Source of the DNA: Polyangiales bacterium
Lineage (GTDB): Bacteria; Myxococcota_A; Polyangia; Polyangiales; Houyiibacteriaceae
NCBI GenBank assembly: GCA_041576815.1
Contig: JBFGKE010000014.1
Span: forward strand, 8,390-72,389
DNA: 64,000 bases
Reading direction: 5' to 3'
Within the stretch, counting starts at the first letter, position 1, and every line of letters starts with the position of its first letter. The position numbers and the translations under genes are program-made. Shown piece after piece: positions 1 through 9,064 of this stretch. The notes under the pieces were generated by a model. That model did not search any database. It had not been told where the DNA came from and was given only the letters and a program-made list of their open reading frames with translations.

Positions 1-1110
1 ACAGTACACATCGAGCTCGGCGTCGTTGGGTAAGGTTGCCGTCGCATTGATGATGACACGTCGGTTCCACGTGCCCGGCACGACGAACACTTCCTCGTTC
101 GAAAGCGGGAACTTGGAAAGAATCATCACTCCGTTTTGACCGCGAAAAGCGAGGTCCTGATTTTCGATGGTCTTGCAGCGATCGGCCAACGTACCGATCA
201 CCTCGGTCGGAAGCTGGGTGATCGCGCACGCATAGCAACGCTGCTGTAGCTCGTTTCCGAGGAGCAGGGGTGCGACCGGGAGAAGGCACGCGCTGGCTGC
301 ACACGCGGCGCTGGTGGTTTGACCGGTCGCGTCACCGGTGGTGGAGCAGAAGTCTGCTAGACATTGAGCTGCCTGGTCCACTTGGTCCGCGATGTTGGCC
401 CCTTGGTCGCCGGTGTTCGCGTCGGGACAGGGCACACCGCTCGGCATGCTCGGGATTTGCCCGTTTTGGTCCGTGGGATCGTCGACCGGGGTATCGAGAT
501 CATGCGTGAACGACACGGAGTAGGGAAACTGACCGGCCGCGGCAGCCACGATGGCGTCCTTGTCGGCCTGCTCCCATACCTCTTGCAGACATATGATGTC
601 GGCATCCGTCGTAGGAATGGCGTTGATGATGGGAACGCGTCGCTCGGCCTCGAAAGGGATGAAGGCGCCGGCCAAAGCGACATTGAGAGTCTCCACCGCG
701 ACCTCGATGATCCACTTGAACACTTGCACCCGGGTGCCCACGACGCCGTCACCTTCCAAATCGAGACGGACGATGAGCCTCTGAGCCCCGGGGACCAGGC
801 CGAGAGCGACCGCGTCGAGGTCCGCAGATGCACTGGTGGCCCCTACGAAGTTGGTACCGAAAGCCGAAGTGACGTCGACGACCACCGCACCGTTATCGCT
901 CGAAAGCTCGATCTGGAGAGTCGAATCGGGAGTCAGCGGGGTAACGAAATTCATCGAGACGGTGAACAGGCCCGAGGCTGGAATCGTCTCGCCGGGTTGA
1001 GGCGAGTTGATGATCGCGATCTCTTCCGGCGAGGCGCAGGTCATGCCCGATAGCGGGATCAGTCCAACGCACGTGAGCCAGACGATGATTGTGAGTCGTT
1101 TGGGACGCAT
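1..1110 (-). CDS. Secreted endonuclease/exonuclease/phosphatase (EEP)-family protein; 3' end runs off the window
   Basis: Minus-strand frame is open from ATG 1110 (alt ATG 1122) to the window edge, and is absent from the ORF track because it has no stop. N-terminus MRPKRLTIIVWLTCVGLIPLSGMTC is signal/lipobox-like. DADIICLQEVWE is typical of the EEP fold, and later GVMILSKFPL. Confidence 0.6.
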   Translation of the reverse strand, partial: MRPKRLTIIVWLTCVGLIPLSGMTCASPEEIAIINSPQPGETIPASGLFTVSMNFVTPLTPDSTLQIELSSDNGAVVVDVTSAFGTNFVGATSASADLDAVALGLVPGAQRLIVRLDLEGDGVVGTRVQVFKWIIEVAVETLNVALAGAFIPFEAERRVPIINAIPTTDADIICLQEVWEQADKDAIVAAAAGQFPYSVSFTHDLDTPVDDPTDQNGQIPSMPSGVPCPDANTGDQGANIADQVDQAAQCLADFCSTTGDATGQTTSAACAASACLLPVAPLLLGNELQQRCYACAITQLPTEVIGTLADRCKTIENQDLAFRGQNGVMILSKFPLSNEEVFVVPGTWNRRVIINATATLPNDAELDVYC

Positions 1111-1257
1111 GTCTCGGGGCATACTCGCCGCACTCGCCGCAAAAAAGCAAGCCTCGAAGCCCGGGATGTTCCTGCCGGTCGGCGCTGCGATCTCTGGCGC
1201 GGGAGCTCAGTGGTTTCGGGGGTTTAGAGGGGGGAGACTGTCCCGTGTTAGTGTCTG

Positions 1258-2898
1258 ATGATGACGCGAGGCTGTTTCATTATCTTTCTTTGTCTCCAGC
1301 TCGCCTGTGCCGGCGACGCCCCCGTCGACGACGGCGACGCGGGTATCGACGACGGCGGGATGATGGACGCCGACATTTGCGACACCGTCGAGTGCGACTG
1401 CGATATCGACGACGACTGCGCGGCGCTGGAAGTCTGCGACTCGGCACCGATGGGCCGATTCTGCGTTTGCGCGCCGGGGTATCAAGGTGACGGAAACGCT
1501 TGCGTCTTCGTCGGCGCGCCCCTCGCCCCGGGATTCGACGACGCTGCCCCATGGACGACGACCGGGGGCGCGAGCTTGGACCCGACGGCTCAGGGCAGCG
1601 ATGACCCGGGCGAGGTGAGATGGCCAGGCAACTCGATCTGTGACGGCTCGAGCGTCTTTCAAACGTTTACGATGGCGCCGGCCGATCGGGTCGAGCCCCT
1701 CGCGTTCGAGATCACGTATCGCGGAGAGAATTTGGTGTTCGAGGCACGCCCTCAGGTCGGCATCAACGAATTCTGGTCGCGCTTCCCGAGGCGCGACGAG
1801 TTCTCCACGCAAGCGGTCTGCCTCGGCGAAGCCGGCTACGGCGGCGACATCGAGTTTCGAATCGACGCGACGAGTAACTTCTGCCCGGCGTCGGACGCCC
1901 AAGACGAGCTGATCGTCGACCGATTCGAAATCGTTCGCGCCCAAGACGTCGGCCTCGAATGCCCCGATCCGGGCTTCGCGCTCGACGGCGACTTCGAAGG
2001 CGACGGGACCGCTTGGAGCGCGATCGGCGATGCATCGGTCGTCGACGGAATCGGTCAAGACGGAACGCGCGGAGCCCAGCTTCGAACCGCCACCGTCTGC
2101 AGCACTGCGGCGTTCTCCGGGACGGTCTCGCTACCCCTTCCATCGACGCTTCCGAGCCAAGCGCTTCGGTTCTATTGGGGCGGGACCGCCGGTCGCGCAC
2201 TTCAGGTCTTCGTCGCCGATGGCTTCGTGGCCGAGCTCGTCGCGGGCGGTCCTAGCGGCTCGGCGAGCACGAGCACCGTGTGCCTGCCGCCGCACACGCG
2301 TGGTCTCGCGCGGTCCTTGACCTTCTCCCTGCCCGTCACGTTGGGCATGTGTGGAAGCCCGGACGTGCGAGATTTCGTGGTCGACTCGGTCCAAGTGACG
2401 TTGGAGCCAGCCTGCGGAGACGATCCGTACGTGCTCGACGGTGACTTCGAGCTCGGAGGATCCGCGCTTCCCACCAGCTGGCGGTTCAGCGGTGTCGGCG
2501 AACGGGGCAGCGTTGGGATCGCGGACGGGGTCGCGCAAAGCGGAAACGCCTCTCTTCGCTTCACGGCGCAGCAGCAGGGGGCGTTCGTGTCCGCTCGCAC
2601 CACCGTCGTGGTTCCAAAACCCGACTCGACTGGAGGGCCGGCGATCAAGTATTTCTACCAACTCGGCAACAACCCCGAGACGACGCTCGAATCGAGGCCA
2701 GGCAACGGGCCACTCGACGAAAACACCAGCGGGTTCGTCGAAGAAACGGTTTGCCTCGACGCAGAGCTTGCCACGCAGCCGCTCGAGCTGACGTTCACGA
2801 TGCAGCGAAGCGGCCCGCCCGGCGTCCCGTTCCCCGAAGAGCAAGGATTCATCGACAACGTACGCCTGACCACCGACGCATCGTGCTCCAACCAATGA
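1258..2898 (+). CDS. Secreted Cys-rich protein with EGF-like / Myxococcus Cys-rich repeat N-terminus and repeated LDGDFE modules
   Basis: Track ORF of 546 aa. Hydrophobic N-terminus FIIFLCLQLAC. CDCDIDDDC...CVCAPGYQGDGNAC. Two (A/V)LDGDFE(G/L)(D/G)G motifs suggest sugar-binding-like beta-sandwich repeats. Function unknown. Confidence 0.6.
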   Translation: MMTRGCFIIFLCLQLACAGDAPVDDGDAGIDDGGMMDADICDTVECDCDIDDDCAALEVCDSAPMGRFCVCAPGYQGDGNACVFVGAPLAPGFDDAAPWTTTGGASLDPTAQGSDDPGEVRWPGNSICDGSSVFQTFTMAPADRVEPLAFEITYRGENLVFEARPQVGINEFWSRFPRRDEFSTQAVCLGEAGYGGDIEFRIDATSNFCPASDAQDELIVDRFEIVRAQDVGLECPDPGFALDGDFEGDGTAWSAIGDASVVDGIGQDGTRGAQLRTATVCSTAAFSGTVSLPLPSTLPSQALRFYWGGTAGRALQVFVADGFVAELVAGGPSGSASTSTVCLPPHTRGLARSLTFSLPVTLGMCGSPDVRDFVVDSVQVTLEPACGDDPYVLDGDFELGGSALPTSWRFSGVGERGSVGIADGVAQSGNASLRFTAQQQGAFVSARTTVVVPKPDSTGGPAIKYFYQLGNNPETTLESRPGNGPLDENTSGFVEETVCLDAELATQPLELTFTMQRSGPPGVPFPEEQGFIDNVRLTTDASCSNQ

Positions 2899-2956
2899 CC
2901 CCTTCAGGGGCACAGGCCCCGCAACGGGCGCGACCGGCCCAATGGGCGACACGCCG

Positions 2957-3220
2957 TCAGATGCCGAGCTTGCCGAAGAGAAGCCAGCTCACGTAGGCGA
3001 CCAAGAAAATCAGGACCGGCACGATCACGAGCATGACGCGGCGTCCGATGGCGACCATGCTTTCACTGCGCGCCTGGATTGCTTCGGTTCGGTCTTGGAT
3101 CTTCTCCGCGCGAGCGTACTGGCGTTCGACGAGCTCGGTATGCCGTTTCTGGAGCTCCAGGCTCTCTTTTTGCATGTCTCGTAGCTCGGTGAGCAGCTCT
3201 TCGGTGCGCCGAGTGTCCAT
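2957..3220 (-). CDS. Small coiled-coil protein with C-terminal transmembrane anchor
   Basis: Trimmed from track ORF 2957..3634 to the internal ATG at 3220, which is preceded by a GGGGGA RBS. MDTRRTEELLTELRDMQKESLELQKRHTELVERQ... ends in the hydrophobic VMLVIVPVLIFLVAYVSWLLF. Confidence 0.5.
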   Translation of the reverse strand: MDTRRTEELLTELRDMQKESLELQKRHTELVERQYARAEKIQDRTEAIQARSESMVAIGRRVMLVIVPVLIFLVAYVSWLLFGKLGI

Positions 3221-3279
3221 TGAATCCCCCACTTCGACTGTAACAAACCGTGCCGGCAGCCGAAAGGACGGTGCTCGAC

Positions 3280-4422
3280 TCAGACGATGCCGGCAACCTT
3301 TTCGTCGAGCAGGCGGTGCCACCGCGAGAGAGCCCACTCGAAGCGACCGAACCGGTAGTGCTGGTTGGCGCCGGAGAGTGCGCCGCGCTGAATTCGCTCG
3401 GCCATCGCGAAGTCCTCGTCGAGGGTTTTGATCGTGAAGGCGTGATTCGCACGAAAGTACTGCTCGGCACGCTCGGTTCGAGGGCCGCGGGGAACCAGCG
3501 ACGACAGCTCGATGCGGGTCTGAGACACCGAGAGCGGCGTCATGGTGATCAAGACCACGTGGTCCTCCTGGACCAGGAGCGAGGCATTTGGAAAAAGGCT
3601 GTAAAGCACGTTCGCGTGCTTTCGGAGGCGCCACTCAGACTCGGGCTGCCCGTCGAGTGAAAGAGCCGAAGTGCGTGGCAGCACCGAGCGAATGTGATCG
3701 CCGAAAAACTCGGTGATCGATACGTTGTCGACAAAGAGTCCCGCGATCGTGTCCCGATGCGCGATTTTGAAGTGATACGACTCGAGCCCGCCGTCGACGA
3801 TCAGCTTCCAGTTGGCGTTCCACACACGCGATTCGGTATCGAGCACCTCGAGCTCTTCGGAGTCGAGCCAGGCGAGCTCATCGAGAAGCGGCGAGGGCAG
3901 CGCGTCCGCGGCGCTCGGGCGGTCCGCGGCGGTGGGGGTCACCCACACGAAACCGGAGGCCTGGAAGCAAGGAAGGCGGACGAGCGATGTGCTTTCGACG
4001 TCGAGACTGGGGAAGCCTTCGCCGTGGCGTACGCGGTCGAGCTGTCCGTCAGTGCGGTAGGTCCATGCATGATAGGGGCACACGAAACGCTTGCAGCGGC
4101 CGGACGACCGTGTCTCGACAGTCGCGCCGCGGTGACGGCACACGTTGATGAACGCGCTCGGCTCGCCGTCGTCCCCCCGAACCACGATGATGGGGATTGA
4201 GCCGACGTGGCAGGTGATGAAGTCGCCGGACTCTGCAATACGACTGGAGTGCGCGACTAGATTTGGTATCCGTTCGACGAGAGCGCGCTCGCGCTGGAAG
4301 CGAGCGTCGTCGAGATAATCCGACACCGGTATGAGAGTCTCCTCGCCGTTCATGGCCGCCCGATTAGCCTTTCCAAGGGCAATGCACTCGGCGAGCAGCT
4401 CGATCTCTCTTTCACGTTCCAC
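3280..4422 (-). CDS. Rieske [2Fe-2S] non-heme iron oxygenase, alpha-subunit type
   Basis: CRHRGATV...CPYHAWTY Rieske motif (CxH...CxxH). Downstream DGGLESYHFKIAH mononuclear-iron His pair. 380 aa. Confidence 0.85.
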   Translation of the reverse strand: MEREREIELLAECIALGKANRAAMNGEETLIPVSDYLDDARFQRERALVERIPNLVAHSSRIAESGDFITCHVGSIPIIVVRGDDGEPSAFINVCRHRGATVETRSSGRCKRFVCPYHAWTYRTDGQLDRVRHGEGFPSLDVESTSLVRLPCFQASGFVWVTPTAADRPSAADALPSPLLDELAWLDSEELEVLDTESRVWNANWKLIVDGGLESYHFKIAHRDTIAGLFVDNVSITEFFGDHIRSVLPRTSALSLDGQPESEWRLRKHANVLYSLFPNASLLVQEDHVVLITMTPLSVSQTRIELSSLVPRGPRTERAEQYFRANHAFTIKTLDEDFAMAERIQRGALSGANQHYRFGRFEWALSRWHRLLDEKVAGIV

Positions 4423-4547
4423 CGCTCAGATCTGCGACGTCAGGCGGCGAATCGTCAAGTCGAGGGGGCTACGAGGTGGAGAGTGTCCCTGTCGCCGCTT
4501 GCTTGACCCTCGGAGGAGAGGCCACAGAGACATCTCGGGAGGTGGAC

Positions 4548-4856
4548 ATGAAAGCCGTCTACGTCAGATATCAGGTCGACCCGTCCTTTGCAGAGACCAA
4601 CGCGGAGAACATCCGCAAAGTCATGCAGGCGCTTCAGGAGTCCGGAAGCGACGGCATACGCTATCAGTCGTTTAGAGAAGATGACGGCGTGACGTTCGTA
4701 CACTTCGGGATGTATCGCGACCAGGCTGCGATCGACGAGCTCACGGAAAGTCCGAGCTTCCAAGCCTTTCAGAGTGCGCTCAAAGCCAGCAAGCCGGTTC
4801 AGCCACCTGTGGCGCATTGGCTCGACGTCGTGGGGTCGAGCTACGAGGTTTTCTAG
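4548..4856 (+). CDS. ABM-like (dimeric alpha-beta barrel) small protein
   Basis: Trimmed from 4476..4856 to ATG 4548, which is preceded by GGGAGG. About 100 aa, MKAVYVRYQVDP...VTFVHFGMYRDQAAIDELTESPSFQAF resembles antibiotic-biosynthesis-monooxygenase-type domains. Family call is tentative. Confidence 0.5.
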   Translation: MKAVYVRYQVDPSFAETNAENIRKVMQALQESGSDGIRYQSFREDDGVTFVHFGMYRDQAAIDELTESPSFQAFQSALKASKPVQPPVAHWLDVVGSSYEVF

Positions 4857-4865
4857 CGCTCGAGC

Positions 4866-5027
4866 TTAGGCGGCTGGGCGGCGCTTCGGGCGAAGCCCAC
4901 GGCCCTCTCCCTCGTGCGAGAGGCGCTTGACGAGCTTGATCACGCCCAGTCCGAGCGCACCGCCACCTGCGGCGACCGCCGTGAGCGTCGCGACGGTCAA
5001 AAGAACCACGAGAAGTGCTGTATTCAT
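4866..5027 (-). CDS. Possible small single-pass membrane protein (53 aa)
   Basis: Internal ATG 5027 is preceded by GGGGGGA. MNTALLVVLLTVATLTAVAAGGGALGLGVI followed by a basic tail. No homology recognised. Confidence 0.3.
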   Translation of the reverse strand: MNTALLVVLLTVATLTAVAAGGGALGLGVIKLVKRLSHEGEGRGLRPKRRPAA

Positions 5028-5201
5028 TGATAATTCCCCCCCGGAAACCACCTGGGGGAATCGCCCCCGGTTTTCGGTGAGGTCGCAACTTTGCAATTTC
5101 AACGCACAGCGTCAAGGCTTTTTTCTCCGCACTGCACAGAGGGCCAGCGCAGTCGCGTCGCTTGCCGTGGGATCGCGCAGGCGCATACTCGAGCGTTCGC
5201 C

Positions 5202-5609
5202 GTGGATTGCACGAAGCCCCGAAAACCGCGTTTCCGCTGGCGCGCACATGCGAGCTTGGCGGTCGTCGGGCTGCTTTTTCAGGGCGCGCCTGCCGCGCAC
5301 ATGATGCTCGTCGAGCACACCCGGTGCGCAGAGCACGGTGAGCTGGCTCACGGAGAGCTCGACCACGGGACTCGGGGCGAGACGGCGCGGACAGAGCGGT
5401 GTGAGCTTCGGAGCGACGGCGGCTCGCAGTCTGGTCACGATCACTGCACGCAGGCAGCCGAGCGGCGAGATGCGATAGCCGTTGGCGCCACGACGGAGTC
5501 TCCGGTGCTGCGGCGCCAGCATGCACAGCACTTCATCGTGGGCGACGCACCGCACTTCGAACGCGACGCCCGCTATCGTCTGGCACCCAAGAGCTCCCCT
5601 CCCACCTGA
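5202..5609 (+). CDS. Possible secreted His/Cys-rich protein (strand assignment uncertain)
   Basis: GTG 5202 in the frame of track ORF 5091..5609. Signal-like RKPRFRWRAHASLAVVGLLFQGAPAAH followed by HTRCAEHGELAHGELDHG. Same direction as the downstream receptor gene. The antisense frame 5112..5687 has equal GC3, so either strand could be real. Confidence 0.3.
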   Translation: MDCTKPRKPRFRWRAHASLAVVGLLFQGAPAAHMMLVEHTRCAEHGELAHGELDHGTRGETARTERCELRSDGGSQSGHDHCTQAAERRDAIAVGATTESPVLRRQHAQHFIVGDAPHFERDARYRLAPKSSPPT

Positions 5610-5741
5610 CGTCGAGATCGTCCAGCCGGTTCGCGCCAAGCGCGAACGAACGGTGCCCGCGCTCGCCTTCGGGCTGGAGCGCTGCATCCGGTAGAGGCGT
5701 GGTCCACGCCAAGTCGATCGCCTTCGACGTCGAGGTAGGGA

Positions 5742-8345
5742 ATGGGAAACGAGAAAAGCAATGCTCATGCAGTGTGGCTGCTCGTGGGGATGATCCTCGC
5801 AGCCGGCGCGCCGGTCTACGCACAGGAGGAGACCGCGCCGGACACGGACACCGACACTGACACGGTCACTGACACGGACGCTGACGCTGTCCTCCACCCC
5901 CCTCATCTGGTCGCCGCCCCACCCCCCGACTACCCCCCCGGCCGCGAGGGGGAGGGGTTGCATCCGACCGTCATCCTTCGGATTACCGTGACCGCGGATG
6001 CGCGCGTGGTCGACGTGGTCGTGGAGCACTCCGGTGGCGTCGACTTCGATGCGCAGGCGGTCAAGGCCGTGAAGGGCTGGGCCTTCGAACCGGCGCGTCG
6101 CGGCGACACGCCAGTCTCGAGCCGCGTGCGCGTCGCGGTTCACTTCGAACCGGAGAGCGCAGGCGTCCCACACGAAGGCCAAACCCACGAGCCGCAAGCC
6201 GCGCCGCATACAGCACCCGCGGCGCCGCTTCCCAACGAGCCCGCGGCCGTCTCACCCGCGGTGATCGCACCCGGTCCGGGCACCGACAAGCGAAAGTATG
6301 GGTCGACCGCCGAGGTCGACGCCGAGCGACTGCGGTCGGGCGATCGCGGCGCCGCCGACTTCCAAATCGATCGCAGGGTGCTCGATGCCGCACCCGTCCT
6401 CACCGCGACCGACCTGCTTCAACGCGTCCCCGGCCTCTACAGCCGCAGCGTCGGGAGCCCCGCGGACGGGGACTTCTTCTATCTCCGGGGCTTCAACGCC
6501 GAGCACGGGCAGGACATCGAGTTCAAGCTCGGCGACATCCCCATCAATCAGCCATCGAACGTCCACGGCCAAGGGTACACGTACCTCAACTTCATCATCC
6601 CCGAAGCCGTGCGCGATCTCCGCGTGCTCAACGGGGTCTACGACCCTCGCCAGGGTGACTTCGCGGTCGCGGGTACCGTCCAATACGATCTTGGGGTCGC
6701 CGACCGCGGCATCTACGCCAGAAGCGAGCTCGGCTCGTTCCGCACGTTTCGACAGATTGGGATCTTCGCGCCCGAGGGCAAGCACACGGACACGTTTGGC
6801 GCGTTTCAGTTTCGGCGCACCGACGGGTTCGGACAAAACCGGAGCGGCATCGACGGCTCCGCGATGTTCCAATTCGGCTTTGGCAAACAGGACTGGCGTT
6901 TTCGCGTTCACGGCTCGTTTTGGGGCGCTCGCTACGACTCAGCCGGTGTTCTCCGGCGCGACGACATTCAGACCGGAGAAATCGGCTTCTACGACGTATA
7001 CCCATTCGATACCGCGCGCGCCCAAGAGGCGTTCAACGCCGGGGGCATCCTCGGCTTCCGCGGCGAGCACCGCGGCGCGCGCGAAAAGAACACCAGCTTC
7101 GACCTCTGGCTCCAGCTGCTCGACTACCGCATCGAACAGAACTTCACCGGTTTTCTCGAGAGCCCGGAGGGCGACCTCATCGAGCAGCGCGATCGGCGTT
7201 TCGTAGTCGGCGGCAACGCGCGGCACCGCACGGCCCGCTTCACGCCTTCGGAATACGCACACGGCACTGTCGAGCTAGGCGTCTCCGGGCGGTTCGACTT
7301 CATCAACCCACAGCAGCAGTTCCTGATCGATGGGTCGACGAGCCAAACCACCGAGGAAATCGTCGACGCCAATATCGTCCAGGGCGACGTCGGGCTCTGG
7401 GTCGACCTCGACTGGGACTTCTCGAAGTACATCAATCTCAAAGGCGGCGTCCGGGCCGACGTGCTCTTTTTCGACGTGGAAGATCGAATCGTCGATGCGA
7501 TTCCCAACTTCGAAGATCCCGAGAGCTTCGCGGGCGGGTTTCGTCGGACCGCCGCGGGCATCAACGCGGGCCCACGTATCACGCTCACCGGGAGACCCAC
7601 AGACTGGATCGACATCATCGGCGCCTACGGCGAAGGCTTTCGCTCACCCCAAGCGCGTACGTTGCTCGATGGCGGGAGTGTCCCCTTCAGCAAGGTGCGC
7701 TCCGTCGACTTCGGAGTGCGTTTTCGCGTCGGGCCCGAAGAGCAGCTGAAGCTTTCGCTCACCGGCTATCGCACCTGGCTCAATCGCGACGTGTTCTTCG
7801 AAGCGGCCGAAGGGCAGCTCGAGGAAATCGGACCGACCAGCCGAACCGGCGCGCTCTTCTACGCCACGACCAACCCGCTCCCGTGGTTGAGCGGGGCAAT
7901 CTCGGTCACGTACGTCTACGCGATCCTCGAAGGCCCGCCGCCGGGAGAGCCCGACTCCGGCCTTGGCAAGGGCGACCGCCTTCCATTCGTTCCGCCTTGG
8001 ACGGTCCGGCTCGACGTCGGCGCAAGCGGCGACCTGGCCGACCTCGGCAAGCACCCGCTCCGCGGACATCTTGGCCTCGCGTACAGCTTCATCGGCGCGC
8101 GACCCCTTCCCTTTTCCGGTTCCGCCGACCCGTTCTCGCTGCTCGACGGCTCCGCGCGCCTCTCCTGGTGGTTCCTCGAGCTCGGCTTCCAGGTCTTCAA
8201 TCTCACCGACAAGCAGTACGCTGGAAACGAGCTTGCCTTCGAGTCCAATTGGGATCCGCTAGGCGCCCCATCCCCCAATCCCGCCCGGCACATCACCGCG
8301 GGCCGCCCCCGCACGTTCTTCTTCACGATTGGGATCCGGTTGTAG
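5742..8345 (+). CDS. TonB-dependent outer-membrane receptor with N-terminal TonB C-terminal-like domain
   Basis: GAGGTAGGGA RBS. Signal peptide ...AAGAPVYAQE. PPDYPPGREGEGLHPTVILRITV...AVKGWAFEPARRGD resembles the TonB_C fold. Plug-like DLLQRVPGLYSRS...LRGFN. C-terminal beta-barrel ending ...FFFTIGIRL. Confidence 0.85.
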   Translation: MGNEKSNAHAVWLLVGMILAAGAPVYAQEETAPDTDTDTDTVTDTDADAVLHPPHLVAAPPPDYPPGREGEGLHPTVILRITVTADARVVDVVVEHSGGVDFDAQAVKAVKGWAFEPARRGDTPVSSRVRVAVHFEPESAGVPHEGQTHEPQAAPHTAPAAPLPNEPAAVSPAVIAPGPGTDKRKYGSTAEVDAERLRSGDRGAADFQIDRRVLDAAPVLTATDLLQRVPGLYSRSVGSPADGDFFYLRGFNAEHGQDIEFKLGDIPINQPSNVHGQGYTYLNFIIPEAVRDLRVLNGVYDPRQGDFAVAGTVQYDLGVADRGIYARSELGSFRTFRQIGIFAPEGKHTDTFGAFQFRRTDGFGQNRSGIDGSAMFQFGFGKQDWRFRVHGSFWGARYDSAGVLRRDDIQTGEIGFYDVYPFDTARAQEAFNAGGILGFRGEHRGAREKNTSFDLWLQLLDYRIEQNFTGFLESPEGDLIEQRDRRFVVGGNARHRTARFTPSEYAHGTVELGVSGRFDFINPQQQFLIDGSTSQTTEEIVDANIVQGDVGLWVDLDWDFSKYINLKGGVRADVLFFDVEDRIVDAIPNFEDPESFAGGFRRTAAGINAGPRITLTGRPTDWIDIIGAYGEGFRSPQARTLLDGGSVPFSKVRSVDFGVRFRVGPEEQLKLSLTGYRTWLNRDVFFEAAEGQLEEIGPTSRTGALFYATTNPLPWLSGAISVTYVYAILEGPPPGEPDSGLGKGDRLPFVPPWTVRLDVGASGDLADLGKHPLRGHLGLAYSFIGARPLPFSGSADPFSLLDGSARLSWWFLELGFQVFNLTDKQYAGNELAFESNWDPLGAPSPNPARHITAGRPRTFFFTIGIRL
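5841..5888 (+). repeat. Imperfect hexanucleotide repeat (GACACN)x8 encoding a (Asp-Thr)n linker
   Basis: gacacg gacacc gacact gacacg gtcact gacacg gacgct gacgct, translated DTDTDTDTVTDTDADA, just after the receptor signal peptide. Confidence 0.7.
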
Positions 8346-8399
8346 CGCAACCTGCCCGGCTTGGACGGTGCCTGCCACCCGTGGGAAGCTGAAGCACTC

Positions 8400-9020
8400 G
8401 TGCATTCCCGTCGCAGAATCACCGTCCTTGGAGCGATGATGGTCGTCGCCTGCGGGTTTGTTTTCGGCAACGCGACCATCCGAGGGCAATCGAAGCCCGC
8501 CACCGGGCGCGATCTCACCGGCACCGCCCCACCGGAGTGGACGGTGGGGCCCGAATGGAACGGCTCGAAGCCGCTTCGGCTGCGCGACCTCCGCGGGCAA
8601 GTGGTCATGGTCCGCTTTTGGACGGACACTTGTCCCTATTGCGCGGCAAGCCTGCCCGCGATGCAGAAGCTCGCCGACGAGTTTCGCGGCCAGGATGTAG
8701 TGTTCATCGGGCTCTATCACTCGAAGCCGCTCGGGAGCGAGCGCCCGTGGAAGGAGGCGGTCGCGAGGGCCCGCGAGCTCGGGGTGCGCTTCCCGATCGC
8801 CTATGACCACGACTGGAAGACGGTGCGCCGGTGGTGGCTCGACGGGCGGCAGCGCCCCGCCACGTCCTCGAGCTTCATCATCGGCCGGGACGGACGAATT
8901 GCGTTCGTGCATCCGGGTCCGGCCTTCTTCCCAGGCGACGACGCCGCAGACGCAGAGGCCAACGCCGACTTCGAGGCAATTCGGATGGCGATTCGAAAGG
9001 CGCTCGATACCCGTCGCTGA
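8400..9020 (+). CDS. TlpA/ResA-like thiol-disulfide oxidoreductase (thioredoxin fold), probable lipoprotein
   Basis: FWTDTCPYCAASLPAMQKL has a CxxC redoxin motif. GTG 8400 gives the lipoprotein-like N-terminus VHSRRRITVLGAMMVVAC. The track start (TTG 8361) is also possible. Confidence 0.8.
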   Translation: MHSRRRITVLGAMMVVACGFVFGNATIRGQSKPATGRDLTGTAPPEWTVGPEWNGSKPLRLRDLRGQVVMVRFWTDTCPYCAASLPAMQKLADEFRGQDVVFIGLYHSKPLGSERPWKEAVARARELGVRFPIAYDHDWKTVRRWWLDGRQRPATSSSFIIGRDGRIAFVHPGPAFFPGDDAADAEANADFEAIRMAIRKALDTRR

Positions 9021-9064
9021 AACCCAGGCGCGCAACTCCAACCCAAACTTAAGCAAAAGTAATT

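Noticed and set aside
1231-1245. GGGGAGACTGTCCCG as a fifth copy of the GGGGACAGTCCCC element.
   Set aside because: It needs an insertion and a terminal mismatch, and it lies in a promoter-side intergenic region rather than at gene ends. I treat it only as a possible degenerate relative.
2899-2910. CCCC-ttca-GGGG mini-hairpin between convergent genes, as a possible terminator.
   Set aside because: The stem is only 4 bp and there is no T-tract, which is not enough to call an intrinsic terminator.
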